Below, in pieces: positions 35,243 through 43,008 of a stretch of 64,000 nt of DNA. The notes under the pieces were generated by a model that was not told the DNA's origin, searched no databases, and saw nothing but the letters and a program-made list of their open reading frames with translations. The stretch comes from Myxococcota bacterium (lineage in GTDB: Bacteria; Myxococcota_A; UBA9160; UBA6930), in contig OZ245002.1 in the NCBI GenBank assembly GCA_965223415.1, positions 1,730,578 to 1,794,577 of the forward strand, written 5' to 3'. The stretch's first letter is position 1, and the number at the start of each line of letters is the position of its first letter. The translations under genes and the position numbers were made by a program.

Positions 35243-35455
35243 CTAGGCAGCCGCCGCCGCCGCGACCCGGTCGAGGCGCGCGGGCCGCGGAGAGCCCAGG
35301 CGCAGCGGGGTGGAAACGGCCCGCTCGGTCCAGCGGTGGTCGCAGCGCGGGCACTCGGCGAGCAGAACGACGCCGCGATCGACGACCTGATCGGTCTCGA
35401 CCTCGGTGAAGCCACAGACGAGGCAGCGGGTGAGGGTGCGGGTGGCAGCGGTCAT
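35243..35455 (-). CDS. Small 4-Cys zinc-ribbon protein (70 aa)
   Basis: MTAATRTLTRCLVCGFTEVETDQVVDRGVVLLAECPRCDHRWTERAV... carries two CxxC knuckles. An AGGAGG RBS lies 5 nt upstream. GC3 is high throughout. The stop lies 15 nt before the first ArsA-like start. Confidence 0.6.
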   Translation of the reverse strand: MTAATRTLTRCLVCGFTEVETDQVVDRGVVLLAECPRCDHRWTERAVSTPLRLGSPRPARLDRVAAAAAA

Positions 35456-35693
35456 GGGGCCTCCTGGCTCTCCATGGATCTCTCCATGGTGGGGGAGCGC
35501 CCCCGGCGGCGATCTCGTTGGGGGCCGTGATACCGCCGGGGGCTCGGGGGGGTTGGGGGCGTGCCGTCATCACGAGGATCAGGAAACCAGCCGCCTGTGA
35601 CGGTTCCGGTCACGGAGGCGAAAAAAAACCGAACCTCCGGCGCGGCTCCGGCAAAGCCCGTAGCCTGTGCCTCCCCGCCCCGGAGGAGGAGCC

Positions 35694-36335
35694 ATGCCCA
35701 GCGAGGTGCCGTCGGTCCGGCCGGTTCCCGGCCTCGCCCTGCTGGCCGACGATCTGCGCGCGTTGACGGAGCAGATGCTGCGTGTTCCGGCCCTGCCCGC
35801 CGACGCCGCGGAGGCGGTGGCCCGGACGCGTCGGGACCTCCGGGCCCTCACCCGCCAGCTCGCCGCCCACGCCCCCGACGACCGCACTCCGCGGATGGGG
35901 CCGGAGCCCGCCGCCCAGCGCCCCTACTTCGTGAGCGGCGTGATCCTGGGTGACCATCACCCCCTGCGCCCGGACCTCACCGTCTCGCACCGGCCCGGGG
36001 TGACCCGCGGCACGGTCCGCTTCGGCGTCACCTTCGAGGGGCCGCCCGGCAGCGTCCACGGCGGCTTCGTCGCCCATTTCTTCGATCAGGTGCTGGGCCA
36101 GCACAACCTGAACGAGCACATCCCGGCGATGACCGGCTCGTTGACCGTCCGCTACCGCGCCGCCACGCCGATCCTCACCGAGCTCGCCTTCGAGGTGCGC
36201 CACGAGCGCGTCGGCGAGCGCAAGGTGCGCACCTCGGGCGCCCTCGAGGCCGCGGGCACCGTGTACGCCGAAGGCGAGGGCACCTTCATCATCCCCCGCA
36301 ATGCCCATTGGAGCGAAGGAGGCCCGGAAGCGTGA
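35694..36335 (+). CDS. PaaI/hotdog-fold thioesterase with a long N-terminal extension (paralog 1)
   Basis: The ATG is preceded by GGAGGAGGAG. FEGPPGSVHGGFVAHFFDQVLGQHN...MTGSLTVRYRAATP...GERKVRTSGALEAAGTVYAEGEGTFI is the PaaI-type pattern. Confidence 0.75.
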   Translation: MPSEVPSVRPVPGLALLADDLRALTEQMLRVPALPADAAEAVARTRRDLRALTRQLAAHAPDDRTPRMGPEPAAQRPYFVSGVILGDHHPLRPDLTVSHRPGVTRGTVRFGVTFEGPPGSVHGGFVAHFFDQVLGQHNLNEHIPAMTGSLTVRYRAATPILTELAFEVRHERVGERKVRTSGALEAAGTVYAEGEGTFIIPRNAHWSEGGPEA

Positions 36336-36718
36336 GCCTGGAATCGAAACGCATCGTCGTCGATGGCGTCGGCCGCCTGCCCGTCTTCTCCCATGCCGCC
36401 ACCGCCGGCGACCTGATCTTCGTGTCGGGCACCCTCGGCACCGAGCCGGGAGGCGTCTCGCTCGTACCGGGCGGCATCGGGCCGGAGACGAAGCAGACCC
36501 TCGAGAACATCCGCACCATCCTGGAAGGGGCCGGCGCGAGCCTGGCCGACGTGATCAAGGTGAGCGTCTACGTCACCGACATGGCCGACTTCCGCGCGAT
36601 GAACGAAGCCTACGCCGGGTTCTTCCCCGCAGAGCCGCCGGCGCGGATCACCCTGCAGGTGGCGGGGCTCGCCCTGGGCGCGGCGGTGGAGATCGAGTGC
36701 GTGGCGGTGCGGCGCTAG
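36332..36718 (+). CDS. RidA/YjgF family enamine/imine deaminase
   Basis: PVFSHAATAGDLIFVSGTLG...TKQTLENIRTILEGAGASLADVIKVSVYVTDMADFRAMNEAY...PARITLQVAGLALGAAVEIE. The GTG start at 36332 overlaps the upstream stop, with GAAGGAGG 9 nt upstream. Confidence 0.8.
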   Translation: MSLESKRIVVDGVGRLPVFSHAATAGDLIFVSGTLGTEPGGVSLVPGGIGPETKQTLENIRTILEGAGASLADVIKVSVYVTDMADFRAMNEAYAGFFPAEPPARITLQVAGLALGAAVEIECVAVRR

Positions 36719-37668
36719 CCGAGCGCCCGCCACGCCGCGCAGAGCTCCCGGGCGGCCTCCGGCCAGCTCGGATGGTCGAAGACGAACCCGGCCTCGAGCA
36801 GACGTCCCGGGACGACGCGGCGGCTCTTCAGCACCAGCTCGGTCTCGGTGCGCAGGAAGAGCGCGCCGACCTCGAGCATCCAGCGCGTGGCGGGCAGGCC
36901 GATGCGGGTGCCCCAGGCCTCGCGGAGCGCTCTCATGAAATCCGCGTTGGGAAGCGGCGCCGGCGCGGTGAGGTTCACGACGCCGCGGAACTCCGGATGG
37001 TCGAGGAGCCAGCGGATCGCGCCCACGAAGTCGCCGTGGTGGATCCACGAGACGAACTGACGCCCGTCGCCGGAGGTCCCGCCGAGGCCGCGGCGCGCCA
37101 GACCCAGCAGGACGTCGAAGATGCCGCCCCGGTCTGGGCTCAGGACGATCGCGGAGCGCAGCTTGATGTGGCGCGTTCCCGGTGTCTCGCACTCTTCGAA
37201 GGCCTGCTCCCAGGCCTTGGCGACCTCGGTGCTGAAGCGCCAGGTGGCGGGCACGCCCGGCTCGTCGCCACCGAGGGGACCGGTCTCGTCGTTGGCCGCG
37301 TCGTAGCGATGGGCGTAGATCGTGGCGGTGCTCGACTGGAGCCACGTCTTCGGCGGATCGGTGCACCGGGCGACGGCCTCGCCGAGGACGCGGGTCGATT
37401 CGATTCGGGAATCGAGGATGCGCCGGCGATTGGCGCGGCCGTAGCGACAATCGACGGTGTGGCCCGCCAGGTTGACCAGCGCGTCGGCGCCCTCGAGCTC
37501 GGCGGCCCAGGGGCCGAGCGTCCGGCCGTCCCAGGCGACCTGGCGCGCGAGGCCGGGCGCGCTGCGGGGAGTGCGACTCAGCACCACCACCTCGTGGTCG
37601 TCGCGCCCGAAGCCACGGGCGAGGATCGTGCCCACCTGCCCCGAGCCGCCGGGCAGGACGATCTTCAC
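36715..37668 (-). CDS. Epimerase family protein, SDR39U1/YfcH type (NAD-binding plus a DUF1731-like C-terminus)
   Basis: MKIVLPGGSGQVGTILA...VNLAGHTV...RLRSAIVLSPDGG...GDGRQFVSWIHHGDF...VNLTAPAPLPNADFMRAL. Confidence 0.75.
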   Translation of the reverse strand: MKIVLPGGSGQVGTILARGFGRDDHEVVVLSRTPRSAPGLARQVAWDGRTLGPWAAELEGADALVNLAGHTVDCRYGRANRRRILDSRIESTRVLGEAVARCTDPPKTWLQSSTATIYAHRYDAANDETGPLGGDEPGVPATWRFSTEVAKAWEQAFEECETPGTRHIKLRSAIVLSPDRGGIFDVLLGLARRGLGGTSGDGRQFVSWIHHGDFVGAIRWLLDHPEFRGVVNLTAPAPLPNADFMRALREAWGTRIGLPATRWMLEVGALFLRTETELVLKSRRVVPGRLLEAGFVFDHPSWPEAARELCAAWRALG

Positions 37669-38669
37669 GGGCCGGCCAGGGTGAGGCCGACGCGACCGGT
37701 CACGTGGGGACCGAGCGCGTTGGTCCCGGTGACGGCCACCGCCACGTCGGCTCCCTCCGCCTCGATGACTTCACCGGTGAAGACCATCCGGTCCCCCGGG
37801 TAGTTCGGCGCACCGAGGCGAATGCGCAGGCTCGTGAGACGCGCTTCGGGGCCGGCCCAGTCCGTGACGTAACGCCCGACCAGCCCGCTGGTGGTGAGGA
37901 TGTTCATGAAGATGTCCGGCGAGCCTCGCTCCCGGGCGAGGTCGCGATCGTGATGGACGTCCTGATAGTCGCGGGACGCGATGGCGCCGGCGACGATTAG
38001 GGTCGTCGTGACATCGACGGAGCAGGGCGGCAGGGCCGTCCCCGGGGTCACGTCGGCCGGGACGAGATCGGTCTCCCGCCGCGGCGGACGCGGAACCGCG
38101 CCCGGCGGCGGCGGGCGCTCCGGTCCACCCCCGCCCTTCGGCGCGCGTCCGGTTCCCGGCTCGAACTTGAGGACGCGGAAGCGCATGCGCCCGACCTCCT
38201 CGCCGTCCTGGGTGCGGTAGCGACTCACCCAGGTGACGAAGTGGCCCCGGCCGAGGGCGGTCTGCTTCTCCTCGGACACGCTCTCGGCGGCCTGGGTCGC
38301 GTGGAGGAGATCCCCCAGGCGCAGGTAGCGCAGGTACTCGTGCTCCGAGTCGGTGGCGACCACGGAGGTGAAGCCCGCGGTGTCGAGGGACCGAAGGAGA
38401 GCACCGGTGGGCGACGCTGCGGAAGGACGGGGGACCAGGCCCGGCATGGTCCACGCGTTGAGCATGGCCGGCGGGGCGACCAGCTCGCCGTGGGAGGAGC
38501 GGGCCGCCGCCTGCGGATCCGTGTAGCAGGGGTGCGCGTCCTCCATCGCGTCGCACCAGTGGCGGATCATCGCCGGGTTCACCGGATCGCGGGCGATCTC
38601 CTCCGGCCCTTCCTTCCCGATGTGGCTGCGCAGCTCGTCCGTGAAGCTCACACGGGGGAGAGATAGCAT
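37665..38669 (-). CDS. Double hotdog MaoC-like (R)-specific hydratase/dehydratase
   Basis: N-terminal half: IRHWCDAMEDAHPCYTD...GHFVTWVSRYRTQDGEEVGRMRFRVLKF. A Pro-rich linker follows. C-terminal half: IASRDYQDVHHDRDLARERGSPDIFMNILTTSGLVGRYVTDW...GDRMVFTGEV. There is an ATGA overlap with the downstream gene. Confidence 0.7.
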   Translation of the reverse strand: MLSLPRVSFTDELRSHIGKEGPEEIARDPVNPAMIRHWCDAMEDAHPCYTDPQAAARSSHGELVAPPAMLNAWTMPGLVPRPSAASPTGALLRSLDTAGFTSVVATDSEHEYLRYLRLGDLLHATQAAESVSEEKQTALGRGHFVTWVSRYRTQDGEEVGRMRFRVLKFEPGTGRAPKGGGGPERPPPPGAVPRPPRRETDLVPADVTPGTALPPCSVDVTTTLIVAGAIASRDYQDVHHDRDLARERGSPDIFMNILTTSGLVGRYVTDWAGPEARLTSLRIRLGAPNYPGDRMVFTGEVIEAEGADVAVAVTGTNALGPHVTGRVGLTLAGP

Positions 38670-38701
38670 GCCGGCATGGCATACCCGCCCGGGAAGGGAT
38701 C

Positions 38702-39427
38702 GTGAGCGAGGGCGCGGGCGAGGACGTCCGCAAGCGCTTCTTTCGGCTGCGCTGGGAGGCGAGCCAGCAGCCGGTGCGGGGCGTGTGGGCCATGCGCCGG
38801 CGGCTCGCGGACGCGATGCGCCGCGTGATCGAGCGCCTGCTCACGAGTGACGCCCCCGAGGCCGAGCTCGGGGCCGCGGCGGAGCGGCTGGAGGAGTATG
38901 CGGAGCGCCTGGCGGGCCATCCCCGCCGCGAGCGTTACCTGGGCTTCGCTGAGACCGCCGTCGCCGACCCGGACGCGGAGATCACGCCGCCCGAAGGCGG
39001 CGGTCACTTTGATTTCAGCCCGCTGATCGGCCGCTCGAACCCGCTGGCGCCGCCCATCGAGATGTCGTCGGACGAGGCCGGCACGGTCCATGGGGTGGCC
39101 GTCTTCGGCACCGCCTACGAGGGCCCGCCGGGCTGCGTCCACGGCGGCTACATCGCGGCCGCCTTCGACGAGGTGCTGGGCTACGCCGAGACCTTCTCCG
39201 GCCAGCCCGGCATGACCGGCACCCTCACCACCCGCTACCGCACCCCGACCCCCCTCCACACCGAGCTCCGCTTCACCGCGAAGCTCGACCGCGTCGAAGG
39301 CCGCAAGATCTTCTGCAGCGGCACCCTCCACGCCGGCGACCGCCTCTGCGCCGAAGCCAACGCCATCTTCGTCACCAGCCGCCCCGGCACCTACACCCAG
39401 CTCCTCGAACAAAGGAAGTTGCGTTAG
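38702..39427 (+). CDS. PaaI/hotdog-fold thioesterase with a long N-terminal extension (paralog 2)
   Basis: GTG start. YEGPPGCVHGGYIAAAFDEVLGYAE...MTGTLTTRYRTPTP...GRKIFCSGTLHAGDRLCAEANAIFV is colinear with the 35694 protein. Confidence 0.75.
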   Translation: MSEGAGEDVRKRFFRLRWEASQQPVRGVWAMRRRLADAMRRVIERLLTSDAPEAELGAAAERLEEYAERLAGHPRRERYLGFAETAVADPDAEITPPEGGGHFDFSPLIGRSNPLAPPIEMSSDEAGTVHGVAVFGTAYEGPPGCVHGGYIAAAFDEVLGYAETFSGQPGMTGTLTTRYRTPTPLHTELRFTAKLDRVEGRKIFCSGTLHAGDRLCAEANAIFVTSRPGTYTQLLEQRKLR

Positions 39428-39484
39428 GGGCCGGTTCTGTTCGTTGCATTGCGTGTTGCATTAGGGGCCGGGTCCGTTTGTTGC
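39418..39484. repeat. Two direct copies of the GTTGC(G/A)TTAGGGGCCGG(T/G)TC-type half-element in a convergent junction
   Basis: Copy 1 is gttgcgttaggggccggttctgttcgttgc (39418-39447). Copy 2 is gttgcattaggggccgggtccgtttgttgc (39455-39484). Copy 1 encodes the last two codons and the stop (L-R-TAG) of the thioesterase. Confidence 0.7.
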
Positions 39485-39485
39485 G

Positions 39486-40976
39486 TTACCGGAGCTCGCG
39501 CTTGAGGATCTTGCCGGTGGGGCCCTTCGGGAGGGTGTCGATGATCTCGACGATGCGCGGGTACTTGTAGGCGGCGAGGTTCTGCTTGCAGTAGGCGACG
39601 AGCTCCTCGGGGGTCGTCTGCTGCTCCTTGCCCAGGGCGACGACCGCCTTCACCTCCTCACCGTGGCTCTCGTGGGGGACGCCGATCACGGCGGCCTCGA
39701 CGACGGCCGGATGGGCGTAGAGCACCTCCTCGACCTCGCGCGGATAGACGTTGAAGCCGCCTCGCAGGATCATGTCCTTCACCCGGTCGACGATGCGGTA
39801 GCTACCGCCGGGATCGCGGATGCCGATGTCGCCGCTGTGGAACCAGCCGCTGCGCATCGTCTCGGCCGTGGCCTCGGGGCGGTTCCAGTAGCCCTTCATG
39901 ATGTTGTGGCCGCGGATGCAGATCTCGCCGCGCTCCCCGTCCGGCAGGGGCTGGTCCTTGTCGTCGAGGATGGCCATCTCGACGCCCCACACCGGGTAGC
40001 CGATCGAGCCGGGCGTGCGCGGCTTGTCCGGCTGGTTGAAGCTCGCCACGGGCGAGGTCTCCGAGAGCCCGTAGCCCTCGAGGATCTCCACGCCGAATTT
40101 CGCCTCGAAGGCCTTCATCACTTCCACCGGCATGGGCGCGCCGCCGGCCATGCAGTAGCGAAGCGACGAGAGATCGGGCTGGCGCGCCCCCTCGTGGTGG
40201 AGGAGCGCGAAGTACATCGTCGGCACACCGGCGAAGAGCGTGACCTTGTCGCGCTCCATGATCTCCATCGCCTCCTCGGGCGTGAAGCGGGGGAGCAGCG
40301 TAAAGGTGCCGCCGGTCGCGATGGTCGCGTTCTGGATGCAGGTCTGGCCGAAGGAGTGAAAGAGCGGCAGCGTCGCCAGCGCCACGTCGTCCTTGCCGAG
40401 GGGCAGCAGCTTCGGCACCACCACCGCGCAGTTCACGAACAGGTTCGCGTGGCTGAGCTCGGCGCCCTTCGGCTTGCCGGTCGTGCCCGACGTGTAAAGG
40501 ATGACCGCCGTGTCGTCGGGGCTCGTCTCGTGGAACGCCGGGAGCGGCGCCACCGCCGCCATCGCCGGCAGGTCGTCGTCCGCCTCGCCGTCGACCCACG
40601 CTACGGGCACGCCGGCGCCGTTGGCGCCGGTCGCCGCCGGCTCGCCGAACAGCGGATGGGCGATCAAGAGCTGCGCCTCGGAGTCCTCGATGTGGTAGGT
40701 CACCTCGGGCGCCGAGAGCAGGACGTTCAGGGGCACCACCGCGCAGCCGGCGTAGAGGATCCCGTAGTAGGCGATCGTGAACTCGGGGACGTTCGGGATC
40801 ATCACCGCCACCTGGGAGCCGGGGGCGATGCCCCGTTCGCGCAGGCCGGTGGCGACGCCGCGGGCCGCCCGGTCGAGCTCGGCGTAGCTCAGGCTCCGCT
40901 CGCCGAGGCGGATGGCGGGATGTTCCGGGCGGTCCTGGGCGGCCGCCATCAGGATGGATCCGAGATTCAGGCTCAT
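39486..40976 (-). CDS. AMP-dependent acyl-CoA synthetase (long/medium-chain fatty-acid--CoA ligase type)
   Basis: ILYTSGTTGKPKGAEL (AMP motif I), EGYGLSETSP, WFHSGDIG, GGFNVYPREVE, PKGPTGKILKREL. Confidence 0.85.
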   Translation of the reverse strand: MSLNLGSILMAAAQDRPEHPAIRLGERSLSYAELDRAARGVATGLRERGIAPGSQVAVMIPNVPEFTIAYYGILYAGCAVVPLNVLLSAPEVTYHIEDSEAQLLIAHPLFGEPAATGANGAGVPVAWVDGEADDDLPAMAAVAPLPAFHETSPDDTAVILYTSGTTGKPKGAELSHANLFVNCAVVVPKLLPLGKDDVALATLPLFHSFGQTCIQNATIATGGTFTLLPRFTPEEAMEIMERDKVTLFAGVPTMYFALLHHEGARQPDLSSLRYCMAGGAPMPVEVMKAFEAKFGVEILEGYGLSETSPVASFNQPDKPRTPGSIGYPVWGVEMAILDDKDQPLPDGERGEICIRGHNIMKGYWNRPEATAETMRSGWFHSGDIGIRDPGGSYRIVDRVKDMILRGGFNVYPREVEEVLYAHPAVVEAAVIGVPHESHGEEVKAVVALGKEQQTTPEELVAYCKQNLAAYKYPRIVEIIDTLPKGPTGKILKRELR

Positions 40977-41032
40977 GGGTTCTCCTCGCTGGACGGCCCA
41001 CTCTACACTGGCGTGCAGAGGGAGCCCATCGG

Positions 41033-41989
41033 GTGGACGTGGTCGTATTCGGTGCCGGTGCGGTGGGTCTGGGCCTGGCCAGCGCCCTGATCGAAGCGGG
41101 GGCGACGGTGACGATCGTCGCCCGTCCGTCCGTCGCCGAGGCCCTCGCGAGCCGCGGCCTGCTCCGGAGCGGGCTCTTCGGGAGCACCCGGCACGCCCCG
41201 GCGTCGTTCCGGATCGCGACGGAGGCCGAGGAGCTCTCGCGAGCCCCGGACTTCGTGCTCGTGGCCACCAAGTCCTTCGACAGCGCCGCGGCGGCCGAGC
41301 GCCTGGCCGGTGCAGACACGGTGGGACCGGACACGTGCATCGTCCTGTGCCAGAACGGCTGGGGCAATGCCGGGCACTTCACCGCCCGGTTCCGCGAGCC
41401 GCAGGTGTGGAACGCGCGCGTCATCACGGGGTTCCGCAAGCCGGAGCCCCACCACGTCGAGATCACCGTGCACGCCGAGCCGGTGCACGTCGGCAGCCTG
41501 TTCGGCGAGCCTGCAAGGCGCGTCGCGCCGCTGTGTGCAGGCATCGCTCGCGGAGGCCTGCCCTGCGAGGCGACCGACGCGATCGCGGAGGACCTGTGGG
41601 CGAAGCTGCTCTACAACGGCCTGCTCAACCCGCTCGGCGCGATCTTCGACGTGCCCTACGGCGCGCTCGGCGAGAGCGAGGCCTCCCGCGGCCTCCTCAC
41701 CGAGCTCGCCCACGAGATCTTCGGCGTGATGCGGGCGGCGGGCTTCGCGACCCACTGGCCGGACGCAGACACCTACCTCTCCCATTTCTACTCCGTCCTG
41801 CTGCCGCCGACCGCTGCTCACGAGTCGTCCACGCTCCAGGACCTGCGAGCCGGCAAGCGCACCGAGATCGATGCGCTCACCGGCGCCGTGGTCCGGCTGG
41901 GCGAGGAGCACGGGGCGCCGGTTCCCATGAACCGCGCGCTCCTCGCCATGGTGCGCTTCATCGAGGATCAGCGCCGGCTCCGTCGTTAG
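41033..41989 (+). CDS. panE: 2-dehydropantoate 2-reductase (ApbA/PanE family)
   Basis: GTG start. VVVFGAGAVGLGLASAL, VLVATKSFD, QNGWGN, KLLYNGLLNPLGA, SSTLQDLRAGKRTEID. The 3' end overlaps the convergent pspA-like gene by 32 nt. Confidence 0.7.
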   Translation: MDVVVFGAGAVGLGLASALIEAGATVTIVARPSVAEALASRGLLRSGLFGSTRHAPASFRIATEAEELSRAPDFVLVATKSFDSAAAAERLAGADTVGPDTCIVLCQNGWGNAGHFTARFREPQVWNARVITGFRKPEPHHVEITVHAEPVHVGSLFGEPARRVAPLCAGIARGGLPCEATDAIAEDLWAKLLYNGLLNPLGAIFDVPYGALGESEASRGLLTELAHEIFGVMRAAGFATHWPDADTYLSHFYSVLLPPTAAHESSTLQDLRAGKRTEIDALTGAVVRLGEEHGAPVPMNRALLAMVRFIEDQRRLRR

Positions 41990-42692
41990 GCGCGTCCGCG
42001 TCCGACGCCGGGTCGGCGGCGGACCCGGCCACCTCATAGCGCCGCAGCGCTTCCTCGGCGAGGGCCGCCTGCTCTTCCTCGTCCTCTTCCAAGGTGGGGA
42101 GGTCGATGCAGCCCTGGGCAACGCGGGTGCGGCCGACGGCCACCTCCCGCTCCTCCTCGAGCTTCTCCTGCACGCGCTCGAGGGTGCCCTCGCACACGCC
42201 GATGCCGCCCTGCATCGAGGCCGCCATCTCGGAGAGCTCGGCCTGGGCGCGCTGGATCTTCACGGTGCTGATCGTGCGCTTCAGGCCCTCGAGCTTCGCC
42301 CGCGCCGCGTCGACCGATGCGTCCCGGCTCTTCACCAGGTTGCGATAGGTCTCCTCCGCCTGCTCGAGCTGGCCCAGGAGCTCCTCGCGCTCCTGTCCCA
42401 CGGTCTCGAGCCGCAACGCCAGCTCGGCCGCGCGCTCGCGCTTGCCCGCCTCGAGGAAGCGGTCGATGCGCGTGCGCAGCGTCACCGCCTCCTTGCCGAG
42501 CATCTCGCGCCGCGCCCGGAGGCGCTCGCACAGGCCGGCGTGGCCCGCCAGGTTCCGGTTGTACTGGGCGATCTGGACGCGGAGCTGCTCGCGCTCGTAG
42601 TCGAGCACCGCCTCCGGATGCTGGGCCTCCAGCTCGGTCACCGCGTGACCGCTGATCGCCGCGAACAGTCGTCGGATACGCACCCGCAGCAT
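41958..42692 (-). CDS. pspA: PspA/IM30 family protein
   Basis: It is all-helical with a heptad-rich sequence: AQHPEAVLDYEREQLRVQIAQYNRNLAGHAGLCERLRARREMLGKEA...RAAELALRLETVGQEREELLGQLEQAEETYRNLV. It ends in an acidic disordered tail. There is an ATGA overlap with the upstream yiaAB-like gene. Confidence 0.7.
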   Translation of the reverse strand: MLRVRIRRLFAAISGHAVTELEAQHPEAVLDYEREQLRVQIAQYNRNLAGHAGLCERLRARREMLGKEAVTLRTRIDRFLEAGKRERAAELALRLETVGQEREELLGQLEQAEETYRNLVKSRDASVDAARAKLEGLKRTISTVKIQRAQAELSEMAASMQGGIGVCEGTLERVQEKLEEEREVAVGRTRVAQGCIDLPTLEEDEEEQAALAEEALRRYEVAGSAADPASDADAPNDGAGADPR

Positions 42693-42973
42693 CAGGCCGC
42701 CTCCTCACCGTACTCGCGGAGCATGCGCTCGGCCCGGGCCTCGTTGATCTTGTTCATCACCTTCTCGCGCTCGTGCTGGTCGCGCAGGGTCTTCGCCAGC
42801 GTGAAGCACGAGGACACGGTGAAGTAGAGGCCGACGCCGAGGTAGCCCTTCACCCAGACGTCCACCGGCAGGTAGAGCACGCCGACGGTGGTGAGCGAGA
42901 GGGCCAGGCCGAACGCCACCCACACCTGCATGCGCCAGGCCTGGGTGTCGAGGTCCATCATCTTGCGGTCCAT
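42692..42973 (-). CDS. YiaA/YiaB two-helix-domain inner membrane protein
   Basis: MDRKMMDLDTQAWRMQVWVAFGLALSLTTVGVLYLPVDVWVKGYLGVGLYFTVSSCFTLAKTLRDQHE matches the YiaAB domain pattern. An AAGGAG RBS lies 6 nt upstream. Confidence 0.7.
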   Translation of the reverse strand: MDRKMMDLDTQAWRMQVWVAFGLALSLTTVGVLYLPVDVWVKGYLGVGLYFTVSSCFTLAKTLRDQHEREKVMNKINEARAERMLREYGEEAA

Positions 42974-43008
42974 GGGAATCTCCTTTCGGGGGGTTGCCCG
43001 GCTCCCAG

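Noticed and set aside
41958-41989. A 32-nt overlap between the 3' ends of the panE-like and pspA-like genes, considered as a possible antisense regulatory arrangement.
   Set aside because: The pspA-like C-terminus is a low-complexity acidic tail. Convergent overlaps of this size are common in compact GC-rich genomes, and nothing distinctive was seen in the overlapped sequence.
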